DNA of 61,218 nt. Origin: Thermoplasmatota archaeon (GTDB lineage: Archaea > Thermoplasmatota > E2 > DHVEG-1). This document shows positions 48,584-58,442 of the stretch, piece by piece (the first letter of the stretch is position 1; every line of letters begins with the position of its first letter). Location of the stretch: NCBI GenBank assembly GCA_038740425.1, contig JAVYLV010000001.1, forward strand, positions 1 through 61,218, in the 5' to 3' direction. Both the position numbers and the translations under genes were made by a program. The notes under the pieces are model-generated. The model had not been told where the DNA came from. It did no database searches and worked only from the letters and a program-made list of their open reading frames with translations.

Positions 48584-50656
48584 ATGAAAACATATCGAAA
48601 AACCATAGGAATTTGTTTATTCACAATATTAATGCTAGTGATGACTCCATTGACTGCTAATATGACAATAGCCCTACCTCCGCAGGAGAAACTAGTTGTA
48701 TCAAAAACAGTCTACGATGGTGAAAACTGGGTGAAATATGTAGAGGCAAAAAATGGGGACTACTTGACATTTAATATTACTGTCACGTATTATAATACAA
48801 CGCAACAACCAAACTATTTCATCAACAATACAGTAGTAAAGGATTATCTCCCAGTGGGATTACAGTATGTACAGACCATTGAACCAGCTACACCTGCACC
48901 TCAGATAATAGGACAGACCATAATATGGGACTTTGGAGAAATGCGATTATACCATGGACAGAGTATAAAGATAGTTTTTAGAGTAAAAGTAAATGGTTGC
49001 AACCGTATGACAAACATAGTTAATGTAACCACCTTAGAGCACTGTAATGGTCAGAGACTAACAAAAGAGGATGCAGCAGTGGTTAATGTACTAACATTTA
49101 TAGATATGGAGAAGAAAGTATGGGACCCTGAGGCTAACCAGGGTAGAGGAGCATGGGTTGAGACACTACCCTATGTATTACTAGGTGAGAAAGTAAAATT
49201 CCAGATTAAAACAACATACTATGGATGCAACTATATGAAATGTTTCTTCGTATGGGATCTGTTACCATCCTGTATGAACTACACAAATACCACCCTCGTT
49301 AATATAGCAGGGATAAATATAAACAAAAATGATCCGAGATACCCCGACATACCACCACCTGGATCAGTTATTAACATATGTGGTCAGCAGTTCAGGGTAC
49401 TACCAGGTATGGTGGTATGGGATTGGAGCAATAGGATGTTTGGTTTATCAAACGGAGAGACTGTAACCATAGAATTTGACGGGATAATAACAAAATACTG
49501 CAACTGTAACCCTCAGACGCCTATCATGAATATAGCTAATGGGCTTATGTGGGGATGCAAAGAATGCAGTCCATGCTCTTATCTATATGATAGTGATACA
49601 GCTGGTATAATCTGTTGTCCTCCACCAACATTATTCAAAAAGCAGGTATGGGATAAAAGAGAGCAGAGATGGGCTGAGCAAACAACCGTGGTTGTAGGGA
49701 GTAAAGTTAGATTCCAACTACAGCTAATATATCATGGTGAAACCAAGGAATACATGATACGTGTAAAAGATAGACTACCAGAGTGCCTATTATACGCTGA
49801 TAATGCAAACAGAGAACCAACAAAAGTATCAAACGATAACAGGACGATATGGTGGAATTTCACTAAGATATTAACTGATGGTGAGATACTGAGCATACAG
49901 TTTGATGCGTTAGTGATAAACTCAACAGTATGTTGTCAAGCGATAAACACAGCTGATATAACATTACAACCATGTCAAGGAGAACCATTGTCTTATAGGG
50001 ACACAGCTGAGGTTATAGGTGCGGAGAACACACCCCCGACACCGCCACTCTTAGAGAAATCAACATCAGGGAAAGTGAATGAATATATCTCATTCAACAT
50101 TAAATCCTATGATCCTGATGGTGACCAGGTATACTATCTTATAGATTGGGGTGATGGTAATAATAGTGGATGGCTTGGACCGTACGACCAAGGGGTAATA
50201 ACACTTGTAAAATACAAATGGAAGAAAGCAGGTGTATACACAGTCAAAGGGAAAGCAAAGGATATCAATAGTGCGCAGAGTATAAACTGGGGTAACAATA
50301 TAACAGTGACGATAACAGGGACAACACCACCACAAAATATCACTAATATAACTATAACTAGTATAAAAGGTGGTTTAAAAGGGGTTAATGCTTCAATAAA
50401 AAACAATGGTACAAAGGATGTAAAGGTTAACTGGACTATCTATATACAACGCAAACTGATGCCTAAGAAGAATATGATGGCTAATGGTACAATAAATATC
50501 ACACATGGACAAGTACGTTCAGTAAGTGCTAAAGTTAAAGGCTTGGGTGTGGGCAGAGTAATAATCAATGTCACTGCTAAAGCTGGGAGCTACGGATCAG
50601 CAACTGAGATAAGAGAAGGATTTATAATAGGGCCGTACGTATACATAAAAAAATAA
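48584..50656 (+). CDS. Large Cys-rich surface protein with three DUF11-like repeats and a PKD-like domain
   Basis: Has a signal peptide and three repeats of the pattern K-x-V-x-D...W...G..V.F.I...Y.G. A PKD-like YLIDWGDGNNSGW...YKWKKAGVYTVKGKAKD is also present. There is no C-terminal TM. Confidence 0.6.
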   Translation: MKTYRKTIGICLFTILMLVMTPLTANMTIALPPQEKLVVSKTVYDGENWVKYVEAKNGDYLTFNITVTYYNTTQQPNYFINNTVVKDYLPVGLQYVQTIEPATPAPQIIGQTIIWDFGEMRLYHGQSIKIVFRVKVNGCNRMTNIVNVTTLEHCNGQRLTKEDAAVVNVLTFIDMEKKVWDPEANQGRGAWVETLPYVLLGEKVKFQIKTTYYGCNYMKCFFVWDLLPSCMNYTNTTLVNIAGININKNDPRYPDIPPPGSVINICGQQFRVLPGMVVWDWSNRMFGLSNGETVTIEFDGIITKYCNCNPQTPIMNIANGLMWGCKECSPCSYLYDSDTAGIICCPPPTLFKKQVWDKREQRWAEQTTVVVGSKVRFQLQLIYHGETKEYMIRVKDRLPECLLYADNANREPTKVSNDNRTIWWNFTKILTDGEILSIQFDALVINSTVCCQAINTADITLQPCQGEPLSYRDTAEVIGAENTPPTPPLLEKSTSGKVNEYISFNIKSYDPDGDQVYYLIDWGDGNNSGWLGPYDQGVITLVKYKWKKAGVYTVKGKAKDINSAQSINWGNNITVTITGTTPPQNITNITITSIKGGLKGVNASIKNNGTKDVKVNWTIYIQRKLMPKKNMMANGTINITHGQVRSVSAKVKGLGVGRVIINVTAKAGSYGSATEIREGFIIGPYVYIKK

Positions 50657-50700
50657 AGAGGATGTAATAAAAAAACCCTCTTTTTTATATTTTTTTATTA
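50657..50700 (+). terminator. Hairpin plus T-tracts downstream of the surface-protein gene
   Basis: AGAGG (50657-50661) pairs with CCTCT (50677-50681). It is followed by TTTTTT and a second T7 run; archaeal termination typically uses oligo-T. Confidence 0.3.
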
Positions 50701-50903
50701 CTAACCTCTTATAACACATTTTTTAGTGGTTTATTAATAAAGACTCTCTGCTTACTTTATCTTGTTTTTTTATCGTTAAAATATTATAAGATATCAAGGT
50801 ATTATCCTGGATTGGTGATAATAGAAATTGCACAAAAGCAAAGATAAAGTGATACATCATAAAGAACCTAAAAGTAAAAAAAGATGAGAAAGGAAGTATA
50901 GCT

Positions 50904-51143
50904 ATGAAAGAAGAGGAGAGGATCAAAAAAGACATCGTAATGTTCGAAGAGAATAAAAAAAAGATACAACAAGAAAGATTAACCACAGAGCAGAAACTAG
51001 TGGTAGATCTAGCAGAGCGGTATTATCAAGATGCACAGTACTATATTAAAAAAAATGATTATTTCACAGCGTTTGGTTGTATAAACTATGCTCATGGTTT
51101 ACTAGATGCCATCATAAAGATTACAGGGTCAATGTTAGAATAG
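50904..51143 (+). CDS. DUF357-like small protein
   Basis: AQYYIKKNDYFTAFGCINYAHGLLDA resembles the conserved core of archaeal DUF357. This assignment is from memory. Confidence 0.45.
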   Translation: MKEEERIKKDIVMFEENKKKIQQERLTTEQKLVVDLAERYYQDAQYYIKKNDYFTAFGCINYAHGLLDAIIKITGSMLE

Positions 51144-51941
51144 TAGTCTGATTTCGTCATCTACACTAACTGATAATGATCTAGCAGCGTTACCCTGATT
51201 GATACTTATCTCAACGTAATTACCACTACCTATGGTAATAAGGAATTCACCAGGTTTAACAAAACCATAGGATTTAACAAAGCGCATCTCTGTAGAGGAT
51301 GATTTAAAACAGGTCATTACTAAGTTACCATAAGTAACGTGTTTGTTAAAAATAAAACCAGGTATGTTAGTAATAATATTACCAAAACGATCAATATACA
51401 TGACACGACCAGTAATACACTTATCACTGATCACAGGTGAACCAAAATCTAGATCAACATAGTCAGATATCTTTTTACCTATAGCATCAAAAGGTAAACC
51501 ATTAACAATACGAGCAGCGACAGGAGTATAGATATCTCTACCGTGGAATGTGTTAGAGATGGTTTTTTGCATATGGTTGCTGTTATCTGCTATCTCATAG
51601 ACTGTGAAATCGCCTAGGAAACGCGCTGCTGGTATCAATAAACCATTATCAGGGCCTATAAGAATCTGACTTCTGGTGGTGATAAAGATATTTCTACGAT
51701 TGGTACCAACACCTGGATCAACAACTGCTACATGCACTGAACCAGATGGAAAATATGGTACACTACATAGTAAAACATATGCTCCTTCACGTATGTTATG
51801 AGGTGATATCTCATGGGTGATATCAACCAAGGTAGCATTGGTTAAACTTAGAGCTACACCTTTCATCTGTGAGACGTACCAGCTATTATTACCGAAATCA
51901 GAGAGGAAAGTTATAACACGCATATAAAAAACATTAATCAA
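51135..51941 (-). CDS. SAM hydroxide adenosyltransferase / SAM hydrolase (DUF62, SalL/FlA-like fold)
   Basis: Has ITFLSDFG...YVSQMKGV, HVAVVDPGVGTNRR, FHGRDIY. The start is probably MRVITF at 51923. Confidence 0.8.
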   Translation of the reverse strand: MINVFYMRVITFLSDFGNNSWYVSQMKGVALSLTNATLVDITHEISPHNIREGAYVLLCSVPYFPSGSVHVAVVDPGVGTNRRNIFITTRSQILIGPDNGLLIPAARFLGDFTVYEIADNSNHMQKTISNTFHGRDIYTPVAARIVNGLPFDAIGKKISDYVDLDFGSPVISDKCITGRVMYIDRFGNIITNIPGFIFNKHVTYGNLVMTCFKSSSTEMRFVKSYGFVKPGEFLITIGSGNYVEISINQGNAARSLSVSVDDEIRLLF

Positions 51942-52068
51942 AAATAAGGATATATATCTTTATGTTTTTTTGATGAAGAAACCTGAACAAAAAAACTCCT
52001 CTTTTTTGAAATAAGACTCTAAAAAATTAGAAAGTTGGATGACTTAACGCAAATTTTTCTTTTTGTTT

Positions 52069-53655
52069 TTATACTTCTTCTTTACCTGGTAGTGTAAAAC
52101 CTGGATCTTCTATAACCTTACACTCCTTCTTGAATAATGTTAAATCAAATTTCTCCCAGTCGTTCTGATCGCCTTCACCATGAGAACCATCAGAGTAATC
52201 AACCAGTTTCTTATCATAGATGTAATAGTAGTTCATTACACTCTTATAGTTACCCCATTTCTCAAGGTAATCTTGTTTAGCTGCTTTACTCTCAGTGAAC
52301 GAAGCATTATCATTACCTGGGGTGTTCCATGGTGCTATACCAAGTGAATGACCTAATTCATGCATAACCATAGCTGCTAATAGTATACGTTCAGCACGTG
52401 GTGTGAATCCACCGCGTTTAAGCATTATACTACGAGCTGTACCAACAGCCATGGTGTCATATCTGTTGTACTCTGAGGGATGGCAGAAACCAGCGCTGTT
52501 AGCGATCAAAAGGTAACGGAACATTCCTTTACGTTCATCAGCAAAGTTATGTCTATAGAATTGTAACATCATACCTGAATCCTGTGATATAGTCTCATAA
52601 TATGGTAATAGTTCACCTCCGCCGTTAACAGGTCCATCAGGCCATCCGTCATCTATGAATACACTTATACCATGAGATGCAAACCTCTCTATTAGTATCT
52701 GCTGTGATTCCTTCCAGAACACGTAGGTTCTACCTATTGGGTTTTTCTTCTGCATGCCATCAACTTCTATATATATATCCTTATAGAATGGGTCAGCAAA
52801 CCATTTCTCCATCTGATACTCTTGGATATTGGTTAAGCCATCATGATCTGGGTCTAACAATGAATGATTATCATAAGTAAAGGGATTATAACCCCATCTC
52901 CATTCCCATGCAGTTGGTATACCGTCATCATCAGGGTCTAACTTAGAATCATCAACAGTAGGGTCTGTACCGAGAATGTTAACCTCGGTCCAGTAGGGTA
53001 TACCATCATGATCATAATCAATCTGGTAAACATTGAACCATACTTCGAAGTATTCACCTAGATAATGCCCGTAACCATCACTATCGTTAAAGTAATCATC
53101 ACCGTTCCATCTACCAGTTCTGTAATCATACACTATTTTTATCGTTTCACGCTCTACATCATTTTTACGTAGTTTAAATAAACCTGTTTTAACACGTTCC
53201 ATTATGATAAGTGTTATCTCTGATTTCTCTTGTTCTCCAGGTACATCACGTACTATCTTATTCTCCATGAACATCGTATCCCATGTAGTATAGAGTTGTT
53301 CTGATTCACCTGTAGCAGCCCTGACATCCTTACTTACATACTCTAAATCATCCATTATGGTTATAAAATAGAATGAAGGTTTAAAACGCCAGGCTACTAG
53401 CTTATTCATTATAGTATCTAAAAGTCCTCGATGTCTTATGCGTTTTACCTCTATTATAACCCCCTGGTTTTCAAGAGGGCTTATACGATCATCACGTATT
53501 CTCTCGATTCCTGGTTCTTCCTCTCCTGTTTTTTTCTCCTTTAGAAGTTCAACGGCTGCATAAAACCCTAATGCTAATAATAGTATAATAACTACTATAG
53601 CACCAAATATGATCAAACCTTTCTTTGTTTTACTTCGTATGATCAAGGTTGACAC
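52069..53655 (-). CDS. Membrane-anchored zinc metalloprotease-like protein with thrombospondin type-3-like Ca-binding repeats
   Basis: Has an N-terminal TM and D-x-D-x-D repeats (DYDHDGIPYWTE, DPDDDGIPTAWE, DPDHDGLTNIQE). It also has MVMHELGHSLGI (HExxH) and a possible Met-turn, SVMNYYY. Confidence 0.6.
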   Translation of the reverse strand: MSTLIIRSKTKKGLIIFGAIVVIILLLALGFYAAVELLKEKKTGEEEPGIERIRDDRISPLENQGVIIEVKRIRHRGLLDTIMNKLVAWRFKPSFYFITIMDDLEYVSKDVRAATGESEQLYTTWDTMFMENKIVRDVPGEQEKSEITLIIMERVKTGLFKLRKNDVERETIKIVYDYRTGRWNGDDYFNDSDGYGHYLGEYFEVWFNVYQIDYDHDGIPYWTEVNILGTDPTVDDSKLDPDDDGIPTAWEWRWGYNPFTYDNHSLLDPDHDGLTNIQEYQMEKWFADPFYKDIYIEVDGMQKKNPIGRTYVFWKESQQILIERFASHGISVFIDDGWPDGPVNGGGELLPYYETISQDSGMMLQFYRHNFADERKGMFRYLLIANSAGFCHPSEYNRYDTMAVGTARSIMLKRGGFTPRAERILLAAMVMHELGHSLGIAPWNTPGNDNASFTESKAAKQDYLEKWGNYKSVMNYYYIYDKKLVDYSDGSHGEGDQNDWEKFDLTLFKKECKVIEDPGFTLPGKEEV

Positions 53656-53758
53656 TTAATTAACCCTCCGCTAGTATCTTAAATAAACCACAATATTAAT
53701 ATATGCTACAATTTATATAAATATATCGTTTTAATATATATTATTTATCATGCATCCA

Positions 53759-54679
53759 TTACCACTTCTTGGGATGCTTTTCCATGTTTAGAATCAAAGA
53801 ACATAAAAGCGTATTTAACGATGTATCACATCCAAATCTTTTACCTATACTAACCAATACACCATTTATAGATTCTATCTCTGTTTTTTCTTTTTTATTC
53901 AAACTTTGAAGCATAGATGAATAATTATAAGCAGTATCTTTGATCACTTTGAACGTTTTCTTCAATAAAAGCTGATAAGAAACTCTTATACCATAAGCAC
54001 ATGCGATACATGCTGATTCTTTGCATACCCTCTCCACTACCCCTCTTAACACAGGGTTTTCATATAAGTAACCATTCCTACATCTAAAAATCGCTGATAG
54101 AGGGTTTATACTAGAGTTGATAACAGCTTTTATCCATAATTCGCGTTTTAGATCCCTGGTTACACGCGTATTTATACCCGCGTCATTAAAAACCTTAGCT
54201 ATGCTTGCTAATCTTCTATCTTTTTTACCTTGATACAACCCTATTATGGTCTCCCCTACTCCTGTATGTTCAACGATCAGTGGTTCAGATAGATAAGCAC
54301 CATAAGTGGTAACACCACCCATTATATTACCTGTTTCAATCACATTTGCTATCTCCTCAAGGTTACACAGACCGTTTTGTAATGATAAAACAATTGTATG
54401 ATCATCTACAACATCTTTAAGCATGTTAACAGCATCCTTTGTATCATATGATTTAACAGTTAACAATACCATATCCGGATTGAATCCTATAGAATCTAAT
54501 GATCTGAATATAGGTATATTCACACTGAAATCACTTAAACCAGTAACCCTCAACTTGGCAGGTTTATCTTTATATTTCTTATTATATGATCTTCTTATCA
54601 GTACAACCTCGTTACATCTGGCTAGGAAAGCACCAAATAAAGAACCTATAGATCCTGCACCTAGAACAATTATTCTCAT
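53759..54679 (-). CDS. panE: 2-dehydropantoate 2-reductase family (ApbA/PanE) oxidoreductase
   Basis: Has the Rossmann motif MRIIVLGAGSIGSLFGAFLA and an ApbA-like C-domain. Its start overlaps the upstream gene's stop by 4 nt. Confidence 0.7.
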   Translation of the reverse strand: MRIIVLGAGSIGSLFGAFLARCNEVVLIRRSYNKKYKDKPAKLRVTGLSDFSVNIPIFRSLDSIGFNPDMVLLTVKSYDTKDAVNMLKDVVDDHTIVLSLQNGLCNLEEIANVIETGNIMGGVTTYGAYLSEPLIVEHTGVGETIIGLYQGKKDRRLASIAKVFNDAGINTRVTRDLKRELWIKAVINSSINPLSAIFRCRNGYLYENPVLRGVVERVCKESACIACAYGIRVSYQLLLKKTFKVIKDTAYNYSSMLQSLNKKEKTEIESINGVLVSIGKRFGCDTSLNTLLCSLILNMEKHPKKW

Positions 54680-55608
54680 ATAGATACACCAATATTAGAT
54701 AATCCTTTCTTTATATCCTCCTTATCAAATACTATAAGAGGGGATAATATAGGGCATTCTACTACATCTTTCATTCTTTTTAAAAAGGATATATCACTAT
54801 CGTAGTACAATGAGTGCCCTGTTACCACACCTAGACACTTATTTTTATTTATTATATCTTTCACTATCTTTAAAGTATCACTCTCATTATATATGTTGTA
54901 AACCCTGCTTCTTCTGTAACTACACCATGTATCAACAAAAGAACTTAATATATCCTCTAGCTCTTTATTAATAAGAACAAATACTACACTGCATCCACGT
55001 CGCATCATATACCATGCTGCTAATAAATCCCTCGCTGTATCAATCAAAGCTACTGTGCAACCCTGCGAACCTAGAGGATACCCACCTGGCCCACGTATCT
55101 TATCAAAAAAGAGATAAGCATGTTTATCTCTTATCTCAATGAATAACTCTACATCAGGTCTACTAAGATTAACACTCGCAGATAATGCTTTTCTTATTCT
55201 ATCACCTATGATCCTAGATGCCTCTTGACTTGTATATGAATGCTCACCGACCCTTGTGACTCTAAGTGCGAAACTCTGATTCTTTTTCAGATTTTTACTC
55301 ATCATGTCAACCGCACCTAATGATATACTATCCAGATTAGAATCGGTCTTAACTGCATGACTTACAGAGGTTACACCGAATAATCTACGTAGTATCCTTA
55401 TAGCCTTGGAATTATCAGTAGTGTATACATATATGCGACCCCACTCTCTTACTATCTTATTTTTTATGTTGTTAGCATCTAGGATACTTTTTATATTATT
55501 GACAAGTATAGATTCAAATCTCCTTCTGACATATAGGGTTTTTAAAGACAACTCACCGTATCTGATTATTAGAACATCGTTACTCGTATCTAACTCCGAC
55601 GGCATCAT
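54676..55608 (-). CDS. THUMP-domain, ThiI-like protein with degenerate PP-loop
   Basis: The N-terminus is ThiI-like (LIIRYGELSLKTLYVRRRFE...FGVTSVSHA...FALRVTRVG...GPGGYPLGSQG). Where ThiI has SGGIDS, this protein reads VALIDTARD. Confidence 0.6.
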   Translation of the reverse strand: MMPSELDTSNDVLIIRYGELSLKTLYVRRRFESILVNNIKSILDANNIKNKIVREWGRIYVYTTDNSKAIRILRRLFGVTSVSHAVKTDSNLDSISLGAVDMMSKNLKKNQSFALRVTRVGEHSYTSQEASRIIGDRIRKALSASVNLSRPDVELFIEIRDKHAYLFFDKIRGPGGYPLGSQGCTVALIDTARDLLAAWYMMRRGCSVVFVLINKELEDILSSFVDTWCSYRRSRVYNIYNESDTLKIVKDIINKNKCLGVVTGHSLYYDSDISFLKRMKDVVECPILSPLIVFDKEDIKKGLSNIGVSI

Positions 55609-55760
55609 TTATACTCCTAATTAATTTTTATCTTATATTCTTTAGGTTATCTTAACGTAAAAATATAATAACCTGTCTTATTCTGTACAATAATGATCGA
55701 TTTTATGATAACTTATATAAAATTATTCATTATTTATCTAAAATCGGAGGAGCATAGTAT

Positions 55761-56243
55761 ATGAAGATTTTGATCATGTATTATTCTAAAACAGGTAATA
55801 CCAAAAAATTGGCAGAGTCTATCGCAGTTGGTGTACGCTCAGTGGGTGATGTAGAATGTGTAGTTAAACCAGCATCAGATGTCACAAAGGATGATTTCTT
55901 ATCATCAAGTGGTATAATAGCTGGCTCACCAGTGTATTTCGGTTCTATGGCCGCTGAGCTGAAAAAGGTATTTGATGATTTTGTTGGCCTACGAAAGAAA
56001 ATGGAGGGGAAGGTCGGTGCAGCATTTGCCACCTCTGCTGATGAATCAGGCGGCAAAGAAACCACTATGATGTCTATAATACAAGCAATGCTAATATATG
56101 GTATGATCATAGTAGGCGATCCTCTAGATGCTACAGGTCATTATGGTGTTTCATGTGTTGGCGCACCTGAAGAGAACGCTCAGAGAAATGCAGCTAAACT
56201 AGGTAGAAGGGTAGCTGAGATAGTTAAAAAGATACATGGATGA
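55761..56243 (+). CDS. Flavodoxin-fold FMN protein (WrbA/flavodoxin-like)
   Basis: Has MKILIMYYSKTGNTKKLAE and GSPVYFGSMAAELK. Confidence 0.8.
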   Translation: MKILIMYYSKTGNTKKLAESIAVGVRSVGDVECVVKPASDVTKDDFLSSSGIIAGSPVYFGSMAAELKKVFDDFVGLRKKMEGKVGAAFATSADESGGKETTMMSIIQAMLIYGMIIVGDPLDATGHYGVSCVGAPEENAQRNAAKLGRRVAEIVKKIHG

Positions 56244-56326
56244 CAAGTTTAGGTGTTAACATTAGACCTAAAAATTAAAATATAACTGATCTAAAGTTTT
56301 ATCGGTTTCATAGACTTTTTATAGAT

Positions 56327-57271
56327 TTAGGAGTAGAAATATAGTATAGAGAATACAATGAATGGTAGTATGATAGTTATAAATGCTCCTACCCTATTAA
56401 CTATCTTGGTGTAATCTACATCCTTCCAGTACTCCTCATCGATGTATATTAACGTAGTTGCTAACAGCGAGGAGGCTAGGAAGGAGTATACTGCTATCAT
56501 GATCTTATCGATTAGTATTAGTGATGGTAAAGCAGGCAGGGAGGATGTTTGGCTGAGATGGAACATAACAGCTGAGATAAGCATACTAGTGCCTAAGCCT
56601 ATACGATGCGTAATTTTATCAGCTTTGAAGAAGAAAGATAAACCTGATACAACACAGAATATTATAGGTGGGAGAAGGAGTTTAGTCGCTGTAGGCCCTG
56701 TATCTCTTGATAATCTTATAGTAAAAACCGTCTGGGAGTAGGTTTCACCCCATGGGTAGATATGTTCATCTATGCTCATGTCATACGCACTTATATTCCA
56801 TCCTGCTGGTTTAAACTGATTATCAACACCGCTGACATCATTGAATGGGCAATATACAATACCGGATGTGTTATATTTGGAATCCTCAATTATAATCTTT
56901 AGATCCTGTGTATCAAATGGATAATCATCGAAGTTAGGTGTAATGAATAGGCTAGCCTGTATACGATACCATAATTCGCATGTGTTGTTATTCTTGTGTT
57001 CGTATATCTTTTCTTTTGAGACTGGCCTGCCGTTTACAAATTCGAATGATGATGGCGTAATATCAGGGTTATCCCATTTGAACATTAAATAGAAGTCTAG
57101 TAGATAGCTACCCTTGTTTATCTCTAGGTTACCGATTGATAAAACATAGATTCCTACATAGATCTTGTTATTATCATTAATACCTGTATCAGTTATTTCT
57201 GCTGTAGATAAAGGCAGAATTGATAGTACTAATAGGATGATTAAACCTGCTAGTATAAAACATCTGCTCAT
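56327..57271 (-). CDS. Prokaryotic pentameric ligand-gated ion channel (Cys-loop receptor superfamily) homologue
   Basis: Has a signal peptide and a beta-rich ectodomain with the YLLDFYLMFKWDNPDI and YPFDTQDLKIIIED (Cys-loop FPFD-x-Q equivalent) motifs. Four TM helices follow, including an M2-like RIGLGTSMLISAVMFHLSQTSSLP and a short M3-M4 loop. Confidence 0.75.
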   Translation of the reverse strand: MSRCFILAGLIILLVLSILPLSTAEITDTGINDNNKIYVGIYVLSIGNLEINKGSYLLDFYLMFKWDNPDITPSSFEFVNGRPVSKEKIYEHKNNNTCELWYRIQASLFITPNFDDYPFDTQDLKIIIEDSKYNTSGIVYCPFNDVSGVDNQFKPAGWNISAYDMSIDEHIYPWGETYSQTVFTIRLSRDTGPTATKLLLPPIIFCVVSGLSFFFKADKITHRIGLGTSMLISAVMFHLSQTSSLPALPSLILIDKIMIAVYSFLASSLLATTLIYIDEEYWKDVDYTKIVNRVGAFITIILPFIVFSILYFYS

Positions 57272-57401
57272 AGTCTAAACCGCTATGGATTAGATGATAG
57301 TTTAAAAAACTTATGCTATCCTTTTTTATTGAATGAAAATAGGCGTAAAATATAAGTCTATCCTACTGTATCTAAAAATATGATAGATATGGGGGTTTAT
57401 A

Positions 57402-57740
57402 ATGGAGGTTGTTAGTTGTCCTCACTGTGGGAATAAACAACTAAAAAACACGAATGACGAGAAAACTCAGGTTAAAACAAGTTATAAATGCATAATATGT
57501 GGCTATGAAGGAACACCAGTCGTACTAGAACAATATGAAGGTGTATTCCAAGGTATCAAACCAGCACCTGGTTTCATAGGACCCTGGGATATACATGTAA
57601 AACTAGATAACGGTGAAAAGAAGATATTAACGGTATTGTGGGATGATGCAAGAGATTGTATAAAATCACTAAATCTGAAGAAAGGTGATAGAATAACTGT
57701 TACAATCGATGAGAAGATATGGTGCATAACAAAGAAATAA
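57402..57740 (+). CDS. Zinc-ribbon protein (112 aa), unknown function
   Basis: Has CPHCGN...CIICGYEGTP, a paralogous ribbon to that at 41793. Confidence 0.4.
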   Translation: MEVVSCPHCGNKQLKNTNDEKTQVKTSYKCIICGYEGTPVVLEQYEGVFQGIKPAPGFIGPWDIHVKLDNGEKKILTVLWDDARDCIKSLNLKKGDRITVTIDEKIWCITKK

Positions 57741-57803
57741 CTCTAAAAAAAGTGAAGATAAAGAGACATATAAACATTTATAGGTAACATCTGGAAGGTA
57801 TAT

Positions 57804-58424
57804 CTAGGTTCTATCAACGTTCGACTTAGCTTTAAGAGGAGGACATGATACATCCTGAAGCATATCAACGAGATACACTAGTTTACCAGCGTCACATACA
57901 TTAAAACATTCCCTGCATGACAAACAGTATTCGGATGCACCGGGTACAAGTGTTATAGAACGCTCAGTACCTCTGCCCACAAAGCATGCAGCATTATTCT
58001 TTTTAATCTCCCTGCAGTATCGCACACATAAACCACATAGGTTACAGGGTGTCTCAGGGTTCTCAACAGTCTTGAATCTAGAGGTGTATATATTATATTG
58101 TTTTGCTATCTCCACGTGTTTACCATTAGGGGATACAGCTAACAATAACTCAGCCAGAGTTTTCCTTATCTTATCTATATTCTCTGTCTTTGTCTTGACT
58201 ATTAAACCATCCTCAGCAGGGTAGCAGCATGATGCAACCAGTCTCCTACGGTTATTCTTCTCTATCTCAACCATACAGAATCTACAAGCACCATAAGGCT
58301 CTAATCTATCATGATAGCATAATGTAGGTATCTCTATACCAGCTTTTCTAGCTGCTTTTAGAACAGTTGTTCCTTCTTCAACCTGAACTATCTTATCATC
58401 AATCCTCAATGTAACAGTTTTCAT
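57804..58424 (-). CDS. NuoG-N-terminal-like FeS protein (2Fe-2S + 4Fe-4S clusters), no catalytic domain
   Basis: Has IDDKIVQVEEGTTVLKAARKAGIEIPTLCYHDRLEPYGACRFCMVEI, plus CNLCGLCVRYC and CLSCRECFNVC. Confidence 0.75.
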   Translation of the reverse strand: MKTVTLRIDDKIVQVEEGTTVLKAARKAGIEIPTLCYHDRLEPYGACRFCMVEIEKNNRRRLVASCCYPAEDGLIVKTKTENIDKIRKTLAELLLAVSPNGKHVEIAKQYNIYTSRFKTVENPETPCNLCGLCVRYCREIKKNNAACFVGRGTERSITLVPGASEYCLSCRECFNVCDAGKLVYLVDMLQDVSCPPLKAKSNVDRT

Positions 58425-58442
58425 ATATGCTCCTCCTTTGTT

